This document shows positions 9,881 through 19,830 of a stretch of DNA of 64,000 nt, piece by piece; position 1 is the first letter of the stretch; each line of letters opens with the position of its first letter. Under the pieces are notes generated by a model. The model searched no databases. It saw nothing but the letters and a program-made list of their open reading frames with translations, and had not been told where the DNA came from. Origin of the DNA: a virus (lineage: Duplodnaviria > Heunggongvirae > Uroviricota > Caudoviricetes); the IMG/VR virus record IMGVR_UViG_3300031867_000033, positions 344-64,343 of that record; one strand, 5' to 3'. A program made the translations under genes and the position numbers.

Positions 9881-10108
9881 TTAATTAAGATAGATTTTAT
9901 TTACCTCTACTTCAAATATTCCTATGTCAAACCAGTCTCCCTCAAACCAGCCAACAGACAGATAATTCTGTGCAAATTCATCATCAGGGAACTCTTCATT
10001 TTCTTTCTTATATATCATTTTAACAACTTCAAGAACCTTTTCAAGAGAATCAAAAGCCCCGACTATTTTTTGATTGTCATATCTATCTATGTATTTTACT
10101 ATATACAT
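9881..10108 (-). CDS. hypothetical protein
   Basis: ORF track. Confidence 0.45.
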   Translation of the reverse strand: MYIVKYIDRYDNQKIVGAFDSLEKVLEVVKMIYKKENEEFPDDEFAQNYLSVGWFEGDWFDIGIFEVEVNKIYLN

Positions 10109-10124
10109 ATTATTTTCTCCTTTA

Positions 10125-10574
10125 TTAAATACTCGCTATCTTATAAAGTTCTTCAATATCTATTAAATACTGCTTCTCAAAAAGCTCCTCGTTTCCTTCA
10201 AGAGGAAGGAAACAGTCATCGTTGAACTTATCAGTTGATACCATATAGTTGTAAAAGTACCAACCCCTTCGAGCGATGTGCTTATCAATATAATTAAAAA
10301 GATCAAGATTAAGACTCTTCTGTTTAATTATAATAAATGCATTATCATCATAAGCAAAAAATACATCACAAGCCATAATAGCAGACTGAATAGGATTGCC
10401 ATAGCAAAGTTCCGAATCTGTCCATGCATCTTTACAATCATAAAGATCGTTATGTCTAATACAATAAAAGTGACAATAATCTGCTACTTTTGCGAACTGC
10501 CCTGCATCACGAGGATTATCGCAAGGAAAATTGTTGAAGCCATCTACACAATACTTAATATTGATACCACTCAT
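10125..10574 (-). CDS. hypothetical Cys-rich protein
   Basis: ORF track. Confidence 0.5.
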   Translation of the reverse strand: MSGINIKYCVDGFNNFPCDNPRDAGQFAKVADYCHFYCIRHNDLYDCKDAWTDSELCYGNPIQSAIMACDVFFAYDDNAFIIIKQKSLNLDLFNYIDKHIARRGWYFYNYMVSTDKFNDDCFLPLEGNEELFEKQYLIDIEELYKIASI

Positions 10575-10787
10575 AGATATTACCTCTTTCTTTTTATTTA
10601 TTTCTTATTTTCTATATATATTATATCAAAAATTTTTAAAAATTGCAAATATTTTTTTGATTTTTCTTTCCTATAATGCGCCGCCCTACCATAATTTGGT
10701 AGGAATTATAAGTTTTAAGAGATAACAGAAGATAAGGGGAAGAAATAAAATAAAGCGCCGCAGGATGATACCGCGGCGCAAGGTAAA

Positions 10788-11222
10788 TTATAGATTATTT
10801 TCTGCTTTATGGAATTCCTCAAGAATGGTCGTATAAACCTTCATATTAGGCTTATAAAAACTATTTCCAAAAATCTGCATATCGCTTCCAGTAAAATACT
10901 TTAATATTGCCGCGGCACAGCCAGCGCTACGACTGATTCCTGCATTACAATGTACAATTATTGTATCAACATGAGATTGCCAGCGATTTACAAAATTAAC
11001 AATATCCCGAGCTTCGGAAACAGTAATTACTCCCTTCCCTTCTTCCACATCGTTAAAAAATACAGGCAATACTGCTGCAATATGATTACGGTATTTACAA
11101 TGAGGAATATCATTAGGCTCCATATTACAATCATTTATTGATATAACAATTGAAATCTCAGAATGAGGTGCATATGCATATTCACGCGCTTTAGGACGAT
11201 TCATTACTATGACATTCTTCAT
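10788..11222 (-). CDS. Cys-based phosphatase (dual-specificity / PTP-like, HCx5R P-loop)
   Basis: VHCNAGISRSAG motif; start set at MKNVIV after AAGGAGAACAAT. Confidence 0.6.
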   Translation of the reverse strand: MKNVIVMNRPKAREYAYAPHSEISIVISINDCNMEPNDIPHCKYRNHIAAVLPVFFNDVEEGKGVITVSEARDIVNFVNRWQSHVDTIIVHCNAGISRSAGCAAAILKYFTGSDMQIFGNSFYKPNMKVYTTILEEFHKAENNL

Positions 11223-11232
11223 ATTGTTCTCC

Positions 11233-11487
11233 TTAACTCCATATTCTATGCTTTTCATGAATAGTCTCAACTCCATCGTAATCGTCAATAAACCATTCAA
11301 TATCATCAGGAATTTCAACGACCTTTAAACGAGAAAAGTGTCCATTAGCTTCTTCTCCTAAACTTTCAACAACTTTAACAAGATTAGGGTCATTCCTTTC
11401 TATATCCCAAGGATATATTCCAAGAATATCCATCGCCTTATCAGAGAGATTAAAACCACCGTAACAAGTGTTAATAACAACCTTCAT
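11233..11487 (-). CDS. hypothetical protein
   Basis: ORF track; TAA stop checked. Confidence 0.5.
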   Translation of the reverse strand: MKVVINTCYGGFNLSDKAMDILGIYPWDIERNDPNLVKVVESLGEEANGHFSRLKVVEIPDDIEWFIDDYDGVETIHEKHRIWS

Positions 11488-11521
11488 TTAGTCTGTCTCC
11501 TTTTTATATTATACTAACATA

Positions 11522-11686
11522 TTAAAATATATCGAACAAATAGTCAGGCTCTACCCCGAGAATGTCCATCATTGGTTCAAGAGTTCCTTCTTCAAGCATT
11601 ATATCTCTTGTTTCATCAATAAGTTCTTTAGCCTCCTCTAAGGTCAAATCATCTCGCTCTATTAAAATCTTTTCAAGTTCAGTCAT
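11522..11686 (-). CDS. hypothetical small acidic protein (start at MTELEK; TAATG overlap with upstream gene)
   Basis: ORF track 11522..11731 trimmed to ATG with RBS. Confidence 0.45.
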   Translation of the reverse strand: MTELEKILIERDDLTLEEAKELIDETRDIMLEEGTLEPMMDILGVEPDYLFDIF

Positions 11687-11871
11687 TAGTCTTCCTTTCT
11701 TTTTAAAGAAACATAGTCTTCTGCAATCCAACAGTCATAAGGTGCCCAAGGACCTATTTTAAGTTGTATTAATCGTTTTTCCGCGTCTTCTAAATCCTCC
11801 CATATGGAGTCGATATAATATTCATTAGGGTGATCATAATCAATTGAATACTTTATAATATACACGTCCAT
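11686..11871 (-). CDS. hypothetical protein
   Basis: ORF track. Confidence 0.45.
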   Translation of the reverse strand: MDVYIIKYSIDYDHPNEYYIDSIWEDLEDAEKRLIQLKIGPWAPYDCWIAEDYVSLKRKED

Positions 11872-11892
11872 AATATAATACCTCTTTCTTGA

Positions 11893-12366
11893 TTAAAAAT
11901 TCTCCATATTAGTTTCGACTTCATAGTCGAATACGTCTAAAATTGTATTATAAAGAGTTGTTCTTTTGAAACTATTCAAATCCTGATTCGGCTCCTCTTC
12001 TATCTTATTAAAATCTACTACTTCAAGATATTTTGCATCAATATTATCTTCATAAATACAAGAGTCTATATCATTATAATACTCGCAACGATTATTCCAG
12101 TCATAATAGAATTTATTTTCATCAAGCTCTTTATAAGCAATCCTAAAAAGAATAATCTCTTCTTTATTCTCATTCACAATAGTCTTATAATCATTCATTG
12201 CCTTTGCATAAGCAATAGCATTATGAATATTAAAAGCAAGAAAAATCTTATCGTCACAGTCCATTTCCGTCCAATTATGCTTTGGAGGATTTATCAGCAA
12301 ACCCTTCTTTAAAATTGAATTGAGATTAGACTTATAAGTTGCATGATAAAGATATAACTCTTTCAT
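11893..12366 (-). CDS. hypothetical protein with N-terminal LYHAT motif (weak resemblance to Tpt1/KptA-type ADP-ribosyl/2'-phosphotransferase fold)
   Basis: ORF track trimmed to MKELYLYHAT after AAAGAGGTATTATA; motif resemblance only. Confidence 0.4.
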   Translation of the reverse strand: MKELYLYHATYKSNLNSILKKGLLINPPKHNWTEMDCDDKIFLAFNIHNAIAYAKAMNDYKTIVNENKEEIILFRIAYKELDENKFYYDWNNRCEYYNDIDSCIYEDNIDAKYLEVVDFNKIEEEPNQDLNSFKRTTLYNTILDVFDYEVETNMENF

Positions 12367-12623
12367 TATAATACCTCTTTCTTTATTTCTCATTTTCTAT
12401 ATATATTATATCAAAAATTTTTCAAAAATGCAAATATTTTTTTATTTTATAAGATACAATACTAAGATTACAATGCGCCGGCGAATTATAAGTAAATAAT
12501 TGATACTAATTTCTTTATTATAGACAATTTAATTAAAACTTCTACTTAATAATAAGGAAGAATTTTGATTTTCAAAAGGAAAATTAAAAACTAACCTAAT
12601 AACTTACAAGAGGTGAATTATGG

Positions 12624-13118
12624 ATGCCTATCAACGACCTTATTTACAACGCGGACTTAGTTAACTACCCGCACATATGCACTTGCGGAACTTCTACTGA
12701 CTCGTCTAATGGGGCTACAAAAGAAACCGAGAAAATCTATGTAATGATGCCTCCTCCTCCTTCTAAATTCCCGCTGTATCCAATTCCTTATCCTCCTTAT
12801 CCTGTGCCAGATTGTGATTGCGATGATAAGGATAATGCAGTAAAACAAAGCGAGGTAGAAAAGAAGATTTGCCGACTGAGTAAAAAAGCTGCTACTCTTA
12901 GAACTTTAATTGAAAATATTTCTGAAAAGAATAAACCAGTTATTGTAAAATCTGGAGCTACATCTTATTCACTAGGTGAATTCAAGACAGTAGATAGTAC
13001 AGATCCTGACATAATCAATGAGGACGAAAGTATTGAGTCAATTATTGAAATCCTCAAGGCTAAGTTAGCAGAGATTAAGGAAGAAATTAAAACTTTATCT
13101 GACGAGTTAACTGATTAA
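12624..13118 (+). CDS. plus-strand protein: Pro-rich N-terminus (PPPPSKFPLYPIPYPPYPVP, Cys cluster) and coiled-coil-like C-terminus
   Basis: ORF track; RBS AGAGGTGAATT; one of very few plus-strand genes. Confidence 0.55.
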   Translation: MPINDLIYNADLVNYPHICTCGTSTDSSNGATKETEKIYVMMPPPPSKFPLYPIPYPPYPVPDCDCDDKDNAVKQSEVEKKICRLSKKAATLRTLIENISEKNKPVIVKSGATSYSLGEFKTVDSTDPDIINEDESIESIIEILKAKLAEIKEEIKTLSDELTD

Positions 13119-13123
13119 TTAAT

Positions 13124-13149
13124 GGGCGGCAGAAGTCGCCCATTTCTTT
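13124..13149 (+). terminator. intrinsic terminator GGGCGGCAGAAGTCGCCC + T-tract
   Basis: Hairpin plus ATTTCTTT directly after TAA at 13116-13118. Confidence 0.6.
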
Positions 13150-13164
13150 AAAGAGGTGAAATGA

Positions 13165-13404
13165 ATGAATATGCAAATGAGTTATATCCTTGGTTTGCCA
13201 ACTAATAGAGTATTTGCTGCTACTACTTAGGCAGATATTGATCAAATTAAGTCTTATGAAAAACCAATTGAAGAAATTCACAAGTATCAGCCTGATACAA
13301 AATATTTTAAGTCAACCGCTGGAAATGAAGTATGGGATGTTTATTCTTATAACCGTCATGCAGAAATGTTTGGTCCTGGCGCAGCAAAAGAAATAACTAC
13401 TTAA
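13165..13404 (+). CDS. plus-strand small protein (79 aa, 1 in-frame TAG)
   Basis: RBS AAGAGGTGA; open to TAA 13402-13404 only if TAG is sense; followed by terminator. Confidence 0.4.
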
Positions 13405-13409
13405 GGTTA

Positions 13410-13445
13410 AAACGACCTAGGAGAAAATCCTAGGTCGTTTTTCTA
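13410..13445 (+). terminator. intrinsic terminator AAACGACCTAGG-loop-CCTAGGTCGTTTTTC
   Basis: 12-bp stem + T-tract. Confidence 0.65.
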
Positions 13446-13525
13446 TACTATGTCTGCGTATCAAAAACTCTTTTCTTACAATGCGCCGCGAGTCCAAAAA
13501 ATTGGACAGCCGGCAGTTCAAGGCT

Positions 13526-13565
13526 TTAAATAAAACAAAAGCACCGCAGTTGATACCGCGGCGCA
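13526..13565 (-). terminator. intrinsic terminator built from GC-palindrome core (RNA 5' GCGCCGCGG-UAUCAA-CUGCGGUGC UUUUGUUUUAUUU)
   Basis: 9-bp stem with two G.U pairs followed by U-tract, directly after stop of 13574..13762; same sub-element recurs at 28971-29005, 58941-58975, 10741-10775. Confidence 0.6.
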
Positions 13566-13573
13566 ATGTAGAC

Positions 13574-13762
13574 TTAATCTTTTCTCTTGTAAAATTCCCA
13601 TTCACTAACTTGAATAAAATTATGGCTATTTTTACATATAGGGCAATATAAATTCTTCAAATGCTTCCCTACACTCGTCATTCTTGAAGCTCTTTTATAA
13701 GCAATCATCTTATAATCACAATCTGGACAAACAAAAAATCTTGGAGATACAGTATGTTTCAT
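13574..13762 (-). CDS. small Zn-ribbon protein (CPDC...CPIC)
   Basis: ORF track (alt-start form 13574..13771) trimmed to ATG after AAGGAG. Confidence 0.5.
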   Translation of the reverse strand: MKHTVSPRFFVCPDCDYKMIAYKRASRMTSVGKHLKNLYCPICKNSHNFIQVSEWEFYKRKD

Positions 13763-13779
13763 TTCCTTCAACTCCTTTT

Positions 13780-14180
13780 TTACAACGCAAATCTATCTTC
13801 AATCGACATTTGACTTTCATACCCATTAATCTTGTCTTTATACTTCATAAGCATTATCTATGCTTCATGCTTTTCCCCTTTAACTGCTTTTTCAATCGCT
13901 CTATCTATTCCATTTGCTGGTAAAGCATTAGTTAAAAGAATTCCTTCAAGAAAGCTAAAATCATCAAATAAAAAACAATAGTTAATAAAGAATTGAATTT
14001 CTTTTTGAATGAATTCTCCTGCAATAGGTGTTGGATTATCTTTAAAAGCTTGAACTATTTGCTAAGTCTAATCATCTTTATATTCAAGAGGAATTCTGTC
14101 TAATGGAATCCCAACTCCATCTTCAAATAATATATAATAAAAGTAATAATCTCCACTTTTAGAATACTTCTTTTTAATCT
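13780..14180 (-). CDS. hypothetical protein (~130 aa, 3 TAG; start uncertain, possibly TTG after GGAGGTGA)
   Basis: Protein-like frame ...EFIQKEIQFFINYCFLFDDF...AIEKAVKGEKHEAQIMLMKYKDKINGYESQMSIEDRFAL with stop TAA at 13780-13782. Confidence 0.3.
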
Positions 14181-14293
14181 CCAAAAGACATTCACCTCCG
14201 CGTCTCGCCGCCCTATCATAAAGTCAATAAAACTTGATACCGCGGCGCATTGTAAATTTAAAATTTAAGGGGAGAAAAATCTCCCCTTTTCTT

Positions 14294-14719
14294 TTATTCC
14301 TCCCAGTCAGGGTCAATCTCTCGGAAGTCATAATCTACCTCTTCCGCAGGAACAATTGACTGCTTTGCAAGTTCCAACCACTTTTCCTCTCTCTTCTTCT
14401 TTCTAATTGTCGCAGGGTCAGATTCCCATTCATAAATAGCTCCAAGACAGGAATAAGCAGGAGTAAATTTACCATCTTTTCTAGGAACATCATAAAACTT
14501 AGGAATTTTAACTCCTACTATTGCTCCTACATCAACAGTAAATCCTTCAAGTGTTGTGGTCGCAATAGGAAAAGTCATTTCTGTGGCAGAAATCCTACGA
14601 ACACCTTCATAACGAGACTGGAGAAACTCCATTATATCCGCGAGTATTTGCGCCCTACAGGTACCCTCTATGTCAGTTTTATTTTGGACAGAAGTTAAAT
14701 CCAACATTATCTTTTCCAT
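14294..14719 (-). CDS. hypothetical protein (locally higher GC)
   Basis: ORF track. Confidence 0.55.
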   Translation of the reverse strand: MEKIMLDLTSVQNKTDIEGTCRAQILADIMEFLQSRYEGVRRISATEMTFPIATTTLEGFTVDVGAIVGVKIPKFYDVPRKDGKFTPAYSCLGAIYEWESDPATIRKKKREEKWLELAKQSIVPAEEVDYDFREIDPDWEE

Positions 14720-14788
14720 TTAAACCTCACTTTTCTGCGGACTTCCGCGTTATATTTTTTTAAACGATTAAAGATTGGTTTTGGTTGA

Positions 14789-15235
14789 TTAGAAATCAAC
14801 CAATCCCTTCTCAGCAGCTTCCTTTGCTGCAGCGCGTCTAGCTTCATCTACAGCTATCTTCTTTTCTTTATTCTTCTTAGCTGTGGCTGCCTTTTCCGCT
14901 TTCTCTTCCAGATATTCCTCATAAAGCTCACGCATTATATTAAATTCGTAAGCACTATATACCTTACCCTTATCTGACGTATGCTCACGATAATCCTTAG
15001 CAGATGCATTTACACAAACAACACAGGGATACTCTTCTCCTTCTGCATCAACTGTACCTATTCTTACGGCATATTCCTTTACCTTAGAATTACCGCTTCC
15101 GTTTCTTACATATCCACAGTTTTCCTCTCCGTACTTCGCTATTAGGCACTCGATAATGTAATCCATAACGTCCTCTTTCATAGCCGCCTTTACCTTCGTC
15201 AACGAGTTATTCTTAGTCTCAACATAATTTGCCAT
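14789..15235 (-). CDS. hypothetical protein, Ala/Lys-rich C-terminus
   Basis: ORF track. Confidence 0.55.
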   Translation of the reverse strand: MANYVETKNNSLTKVKAAMKEDVMDYIIECLIAKYGEENCGYVRNGSGNSKVKEYAVRIGTVDAEGEEYPCVVCVNASAKDYREHTSDKGKVYSAYEFNIMRELYEEYLEEKAEKAATAKKNKEKKIAVDEARRAAAKEAAEKGLVDF

Positions 15236-15277
15236 TTTACATTTCTCCTTTTATTTTAATTTAATTTTTAACTATTT

Positions 15278-15532
15278 TTATCTCTTAGCAATTGATGGCT
15301 CATCCATGCTTGAAGGAATTGCTCTTATCAATCTTCCATTAACTTTATCGCTAATCTCCTTTATAGAACTAACTCTTACTCTTGTTTTATTACATACTTT
15401 TAGCCCCTCTGGAGTTTCCATTCTAATTATATCGCCTACCTTTGGAATTTTCTCATTTGGTGCAAGCTCAAAATCATATTCCTTACCACCAAATTCACCA
15501 TTTCTTTTAAACTGAACAGAAATTATTGCCAT
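15278..15532 (-). CDS. hypothetical protein
   Basis: ORF track. Confidence 0.5.
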   Translation of the reverse strand: MAIISVQFKRNGEFGGKEYDFELAPNEKIPKVGDIIRMETPEGLKVCNKTRVRVSSIKEISDKVNGRLIRAIPSSMDEPSIAKR

Positions 15533-15616
15533 AATCTTACCTCTTTCTTTGATTTTTATTTATTTCTCATTTTCTATAAATATTATATCATAAATTTTTT
15601 AAAAAATCAAATATTT

Positions 15617-16450
15617 TTATGATTCTGAATCTTCAAAAGTAAGCCATTTGTTTATATAATTTCTATCTTCCTTGAACAGAGGAATTCGATCATCTACGAT
15701 CCAGCCCTTACCTCTATCCATTAAGCAACAGCTTCCTCTCTGGAATTTTAAAGGAATATTATGCCAAAGAATTCCTTTCTGCGTGGCAATCATTCTTTTA
15801 ATATCTTCACAATTTTTCCCTTCAAGCTGTCTCTGAGAAAAGAAAAGCTGACCTAATCCTTGAACTGAATTTCTTATCGCGTCTTGTTGTCTCCAAATAA
15901 GACAATTACACACTTCTTCTGGAGGAATATTAAATACGCGGGAATCAAATGTTGCTCCTTTTATTGAAGCTTTTGAATAGGCTTCAACTAAAGTTGCTCT
16001 CCTTTTTTCCTCTTCTGAAAAAGTTCGATTCGTTCCGCCCTCATCCCAATCTGGAAAACTTTCTCTTCCATATGAATATATATTAGCGGTAAATTTTTGG
16101 TTAAAGGCACATGTTGCAAGACTCGCTGATACGCTCGCTATTTTTTGAATGTTATTATTAAACCATGCCGTAGTATTAAGGGTTTTATAATCACAAAGAA
16201 CTAAAGTTATTTCATCAGATTGAGTATATCCAAAAACACAATTTTGAATATTTTCACAAAGATACTTCATTGTATCAGTCATAGTTTTGTTTAAAATTAA
16301 ATCATAGGGTTTGTCAAATTTCTTTGTAAAGGAATGGAAATGACAACCATCAACGCGGACAATAACTGGCGTCCTCCGAGTCAAATAATTTCGTGTTACA
16401 TTTTCATATGTTTTCATTCTATCTCCAAGAGAATCTCTTTTATTACTCAT
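15617..16450 (-). CDS. Thg1-like protein (tRNA-His guanylyltransferase family, 3'-5' nucleotidyltransferase)
   Basis: PVIVRVDGCHFHSFTKKFDKPYD...CVFGYTQSDEITLVL matches the Thg1/TLP signature (VRLDGRNFHKF...KPND...YGQSDE). Confidence 0.75.
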   Translation of the reverse strand: MSNKRDSLGDRMKTYENVTRNYLTRRTPVIVRVDGCHFHSFTKKFDKPYDLILNKTMTDTMKYLCENIQNCVFGYTQSDEITLVLCDYKTLNTTAWFNNNIQKIASVSASLATCAFNQKFTANIYSYGRESFPDWDEGGTNRTFSEEEKRRATLVEAYSKASIKGATFDSRVFNIPPEEVCNCLIWRQQDAIRNSVQGLGQLFFSQRQLEGKNCEDIKRMIATQKGILWHNIPLKFQRGSCCLMDRGKGWIVDDRIPLFKEDRNYINKWLTFEDSES

Positions 16451-16472
16451 ATTTTTCTCTCCTATCTTTTAA

Positions 16473-16799
16473 TTACAAAAAATCACTAATACGTTTATTA
16501 GTTATCTGATAACAATATAACTTATCTTGATAATTTAAATAATCTCCATATGAATTAAATATATATAAATAAGGTTCATTAGCCTGTTTAAAATTTGAAG
16601 GTGTATAAGCATACATTTCTTTAAAATTTCCAAAAGCTAAATGTTTTTTCTTTAAAACTTTAGGGAGAATTTTATTATACTGCTTGTAAAACCCCGAATT
16701 TAATATGATAAAGTTTTCTATTTTATTTTGTGGATTATTTATATCTTGACGCAAATAGAAATAACATTTTATAAAGTCTATTAAATATCTCATTACCAA
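16473..16799 (-). CDS. hypothetical protein
   Basis: ORF track. Confidence 0.45.
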   Translation of the reverse strand: MVMRYLIDFIKCYFYLRQDINNPQNKIENFIILNSGFYKQYNKILPKVLKKKHLAFGNFKEMYAYTPSNFKQANEPYLYIFNSYGDYLNYQDKLYCYQITNKRISDFL

Positions 16800-17110
16800 A
16801 CCTCAATAATATCTATCATATCTTTTGCTTCTTTAAAGAAATTATCAGTTAGTCGGTAAAATCTTGCAATTCCACCATTAGGAAGACTAATTGCAATACT
16901 TTCAACTAAATTATCCTTCATAAAACGAGTAAGGCAACCAGTAATTGTTCCATTGTGAACAAAATATCCTTGTTCCTTTATCTGCTTTGTAGATAACCAA
17001 CCACAATCTTTCTCTTTGTTCAATTCATCTTTACAACGCTTTGTAAAGAGTATATTAAGAACTTTCTTATGATTTTCAGTAAAAGGCTTAAAATTTGTAA
17101 TTTCTATCAT
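16793..17110 (-). CDS. hypothetical protein
   Basis: ORF track. Confidence 0.45.
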   Translation of the reverse strand: MIEITNFKPFTENHKKVLNILFTKRCKDELNKEKDCGWLSTKQIKEQGYFVHNGTITGCLTRFMKDNLVESIAISLPNGGIARFYRLTDNFFKEAKDMIDIIEVW

Positions 17111-17295
17111 GTTACTGTTTCCTCTATTTCTATAATCTTAAAATCTAATCCTCTGCTTTTTTCTAAATACTTTTTAATTTCATAAAGCACCGCGATATTA
17201 AACTCTTTACCTAAGATTACTCGAATATCTCTTTCATTGTATATAATATCTATGCTGCTATCGCGAGATATAGCTTTAAAAATCCAAGCTTTCAA
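17107..17295 (-). CDS. hypothetical protein
   Basis: ORF track. Confidence 0.4.
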   Translation of the reverse strand: MKAWIFKAISRDSSIDIIYNERDIRVILGKEFNIAVLYEIKKYLEKSRGLDFKIIEIEETVT

Positions 17296-17489
17296 TCTTT
17301 CTCACCGCCTAAATACTCCCAACTAAAAGTTCCAGAGTTATTATATTCATCAAGTAACCTATATCCAAGTTCGTCCAAGTCCTGCCAAGTGTAAGCGATA
17401 CTATCAAACTTTTCTGCAAGTTCTTCAGCAGTAAAGCAAACAGTATCAATCTCATCTCCATCTTCGTTATAAAGTGTAAATAATACCAT
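17292..17489 (-). CDS. hypothetical acidic protein
   Basis: ORF track. Confidence 0.4.
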   Translation of the reverse strand: MVLFTLYNEDGDEIDTVCFTAEELAEKFDSIAYTWQDLDELGYRLLDEYNNSGTFSWEYLGGEKD

Positions 17490-17517
17490 AAATTAACCTC
17501 TTTCTTTAATTTTTATA

Positions 17518-18414
17518 TTATGGAAGAATTTTTATTTTATAAGCATTACTCTCTAAATCTGCGATTTGTATTAATCCCTTGTCTTGTAACCTTTTTATTC
17601 TTTCTCGAATTTTTGCAATTGTTGTTCCAGAATGATAACAACCTGCTGAATTTACTTTATACATCCAAATAAAATCAATTCCAAAAAAATATATTTGAGA
17701 AAATTCTGCCATATGTTTTTTAATATACCAAAGCATCATGCAATCTTCTTTAGCAATTAATATTTCTTCGTTGGATAGATATTTAAAAATATCTGGAATA
17801 TAATTAAATTCTAGATATGGAGCAGCCTTATCATTAATATCTACCGGCGCAAGAAAATGCTTCTCCTTTAATATTGACTAATATTTTGTTATTGTATTAT
17901 ATTTTATATTATCAATATAATTATTTAAATGCTTAGCAGTAGCATTTTTCTTTAAAATTAAATACTTATTTTCCTATTTATTATAGGATGACATTAAATA
18001 ATTGAGACAATAAATGTAAAATAATTTATCATTAAATAGATATAAAATATCATTGATGGTTATTTCTTTTTCTGCCTCTTCTTGTCTTAATGCCTTCGCT
18101 TTATCTGCTTCAACTTTGACTTTTATTGATGCTCGTATCGTTTCATCGTTATTCCATCTTCTATTATATCCACTTGGAAAATAGCAATCGTAATATATGA
18201 TATAATAATCTTCCCAATAATCTAATTCTTCTTTTGCAACTTCTTTAAGTAATTCAAAGGTAAAATTTTCTTCTCCTTCTATCTAAATAGTCATATCAAT
18301 AAATTGGTTTGAATGACCATCGTAATGCTAATCTAATCGACCTCCACATTTTTTTGATTGACCTACATAAATTTTACCATTAAGCTTGTTTGTAATTTTA
18401 TATATACCTACCAT
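17518..18414 (-). CDS. GIY-YIG homing endonuclease (298 aa, 5 in-frame TAG)
   Basis: RBS GGAGGTGTCAAT-ATG; N-terminus MVGIYKITNKLNGKIYVGQS; continuous to TAA at 17518 only with TAG as sense; track shows only the C-terminal 73 aa. Confidence 0.7.
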
Positions 18415-18597
18415 ATTGACACCTCCAAAATATATAAAATTTTAAATAAAATTTTATATCTTATATAAATATTATACCATATTTTTATGAATTTTTCAAA
18501 TATTTGATTTTAATAAATAGTAAAATTTTATTAAAAATTTTGTAAATAAATTAAAATTTTTAACAAAATCATATATCTAATTAAAAATTCTTATAAG

Positions 18598-18828
18598 TTA
18601 AATTAAGCATCCCTTAATTTCAACCATTTCGGAAGGATTAAACTCTTCCCAAGAACTATTAGCATCATCATATTCACACACACTCTTCAATTCCACATTC
18701 ACAAAAACTCCAACAGTAGTTACATAGACATAACCACTTTTTGAAGTATTATCTATACAAACTAAAGTATAGCCATCAGGAGTTTCAAAAATATCACCTT
18801 TGGTTAAATTCATAATTTTCTTCTTCAT
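18598..18828 (-). CDS. hypothetical protein
   Basis: ORF track. Confidence 0.5.
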   Translation of the reverse strand: MKKKIMNLTKGDIFETPDGYTLVCIDNTSKSGYVYVTTVGVFVNVELKSVCEYDDANSSWEEFNPSEMVEIKGCLI

Positions 18829-18842
18829 AAATAATACCTCTT

Positions 18843-18900
18843 TTCTTTATTTTCTATATATATTATACTAAAAATTCTTTAAAAATACAAATATTTTTTT
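18843..18900 (-). promoter_or_regulatory. conserved promoter-like element copy
   Basis: TTTCTATATATATTATACTAAAAATTCTTTAAAAATACAAATATTTTT. Confidence 0.5.
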
Positions 18901-18920
18901 GTTAAAAGAAATTTTTAGTT

Positions 18921-19044
18921 TACAATGCGCCGCGGTACCATAAATCTTTACTTCGCCAATTGTCCAAAAAATTGGACTCGCGGCGCATTACAAGCGAAAG
19001 ATAAAATTAAAGCGCCACGATTGGGCCGCAGCGCATTATAATTT
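18921..19044. repeat. cluster of GC-palindromic elements incl. nested GTCCAAAAAATTGGAC hairpin
   Basis: TACAATGCGCCGCGGTACCATAAA ... GGACTCGCGGCGCATTACAAG ... AAAGCGCCACGATTGGGCCGCAGCGCATTATAA. Confidence 0.55.
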
Positions 19045-19830
19045 TTAACAAGCATAATAGCCTGATTTAGTAATTATTGAAGTAAGCTCTGGATGGGGAA
19101 GTCGAATAATTTCTTCTTTAAACTTATTTTTCTTTCTCAAATCTCTTATTTTCTTAAATGTATTATAATCACTCCATTCAACAGTGCGTATATATTTATC
19201 CAATTCAAAATAAGTAAAACCTAAATTGTCTTCATCACTTTTTCCACAAAGACCATCAGAAGGAGCTTTAAAAGCAAGGTCTTTCGAAATGCCAAGCCAC
19301 TTTGTAAAGTTCTTAACCTCAGTGCAAGTCAACTGAGCTATCGGCGCATAAGCTCCACAATCGTCGCCAAATAGCGTAGAATATCCAATAAATGCTTCAC
19401 TAAAATTCGCTGTGCAAATTACCTTACCACTTACTGTCTGAGCAACAGCAAATAAAGTTGCCATTCTAATTCTTGCTGGTAGGTTAATTTTTGCCTGAGA
19501 GCTCATGTCATCAATAAGATTTATTCCATTGGCAATAGATTCAACTGCTTCTTTTATATTTATTTCAAATGATGTAATTTCTAATTGTTTACAAACATTT
19601 CTGGCATCTTCAATATCACTTTGAATTCCGCTTGGCATTAAAACTCCAATAACATTTTCTTTTCCAAAAATTTTTGTTGCTAGCGCGGCGCAACAAGTTG
19701 AATCTTTACCTCCGGAAATTCCAATTATAAATTTAGAAGTATTTGTATCTATTGCCCATCTCGACCAGTCAAAACGAATAGCGTCGTAAATCTTTTCCCA
19801 AGGAAGCTCTCCAGTATATTTATTATCCAT
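19045..19830 (-). CDS. nadE: NH3-dependent NAD+ synthetase
   Basis: PP-loop SGGKDSTCCAALA and overall NadE-like sequence. Confidence 0.75.
   Translation of the reverse strand: MDNKYTGELPWEKIYDAIRFDWSRWAIDTNTSKFIIGISGGKDSTCCAALATKIFGKENVIGVLMPSGIQSDIEDARNVCKQLEITSFEINIKEAVESIANGINLIDDMSSQAKINLPARIRMATLFAVAQTVSGKVICTANFSEAFIGYSTLFGDDCGAYAPIAQLTCTEVKNFTKWLGISKDLAFKAPSDGLCGKSDEDNLGFTYFELDKYIRTVEWSDYNTFKKIRDLRKKNKFKEEIIRLPHPELTSIITKSGYYAC

Noticed and set aside
13417-13605. 62-aa minus-strand ORF
   Set aside because: It consists largely of read-through across the GC-palindrome and terminator elements at 13471-13570, and has no RBS.
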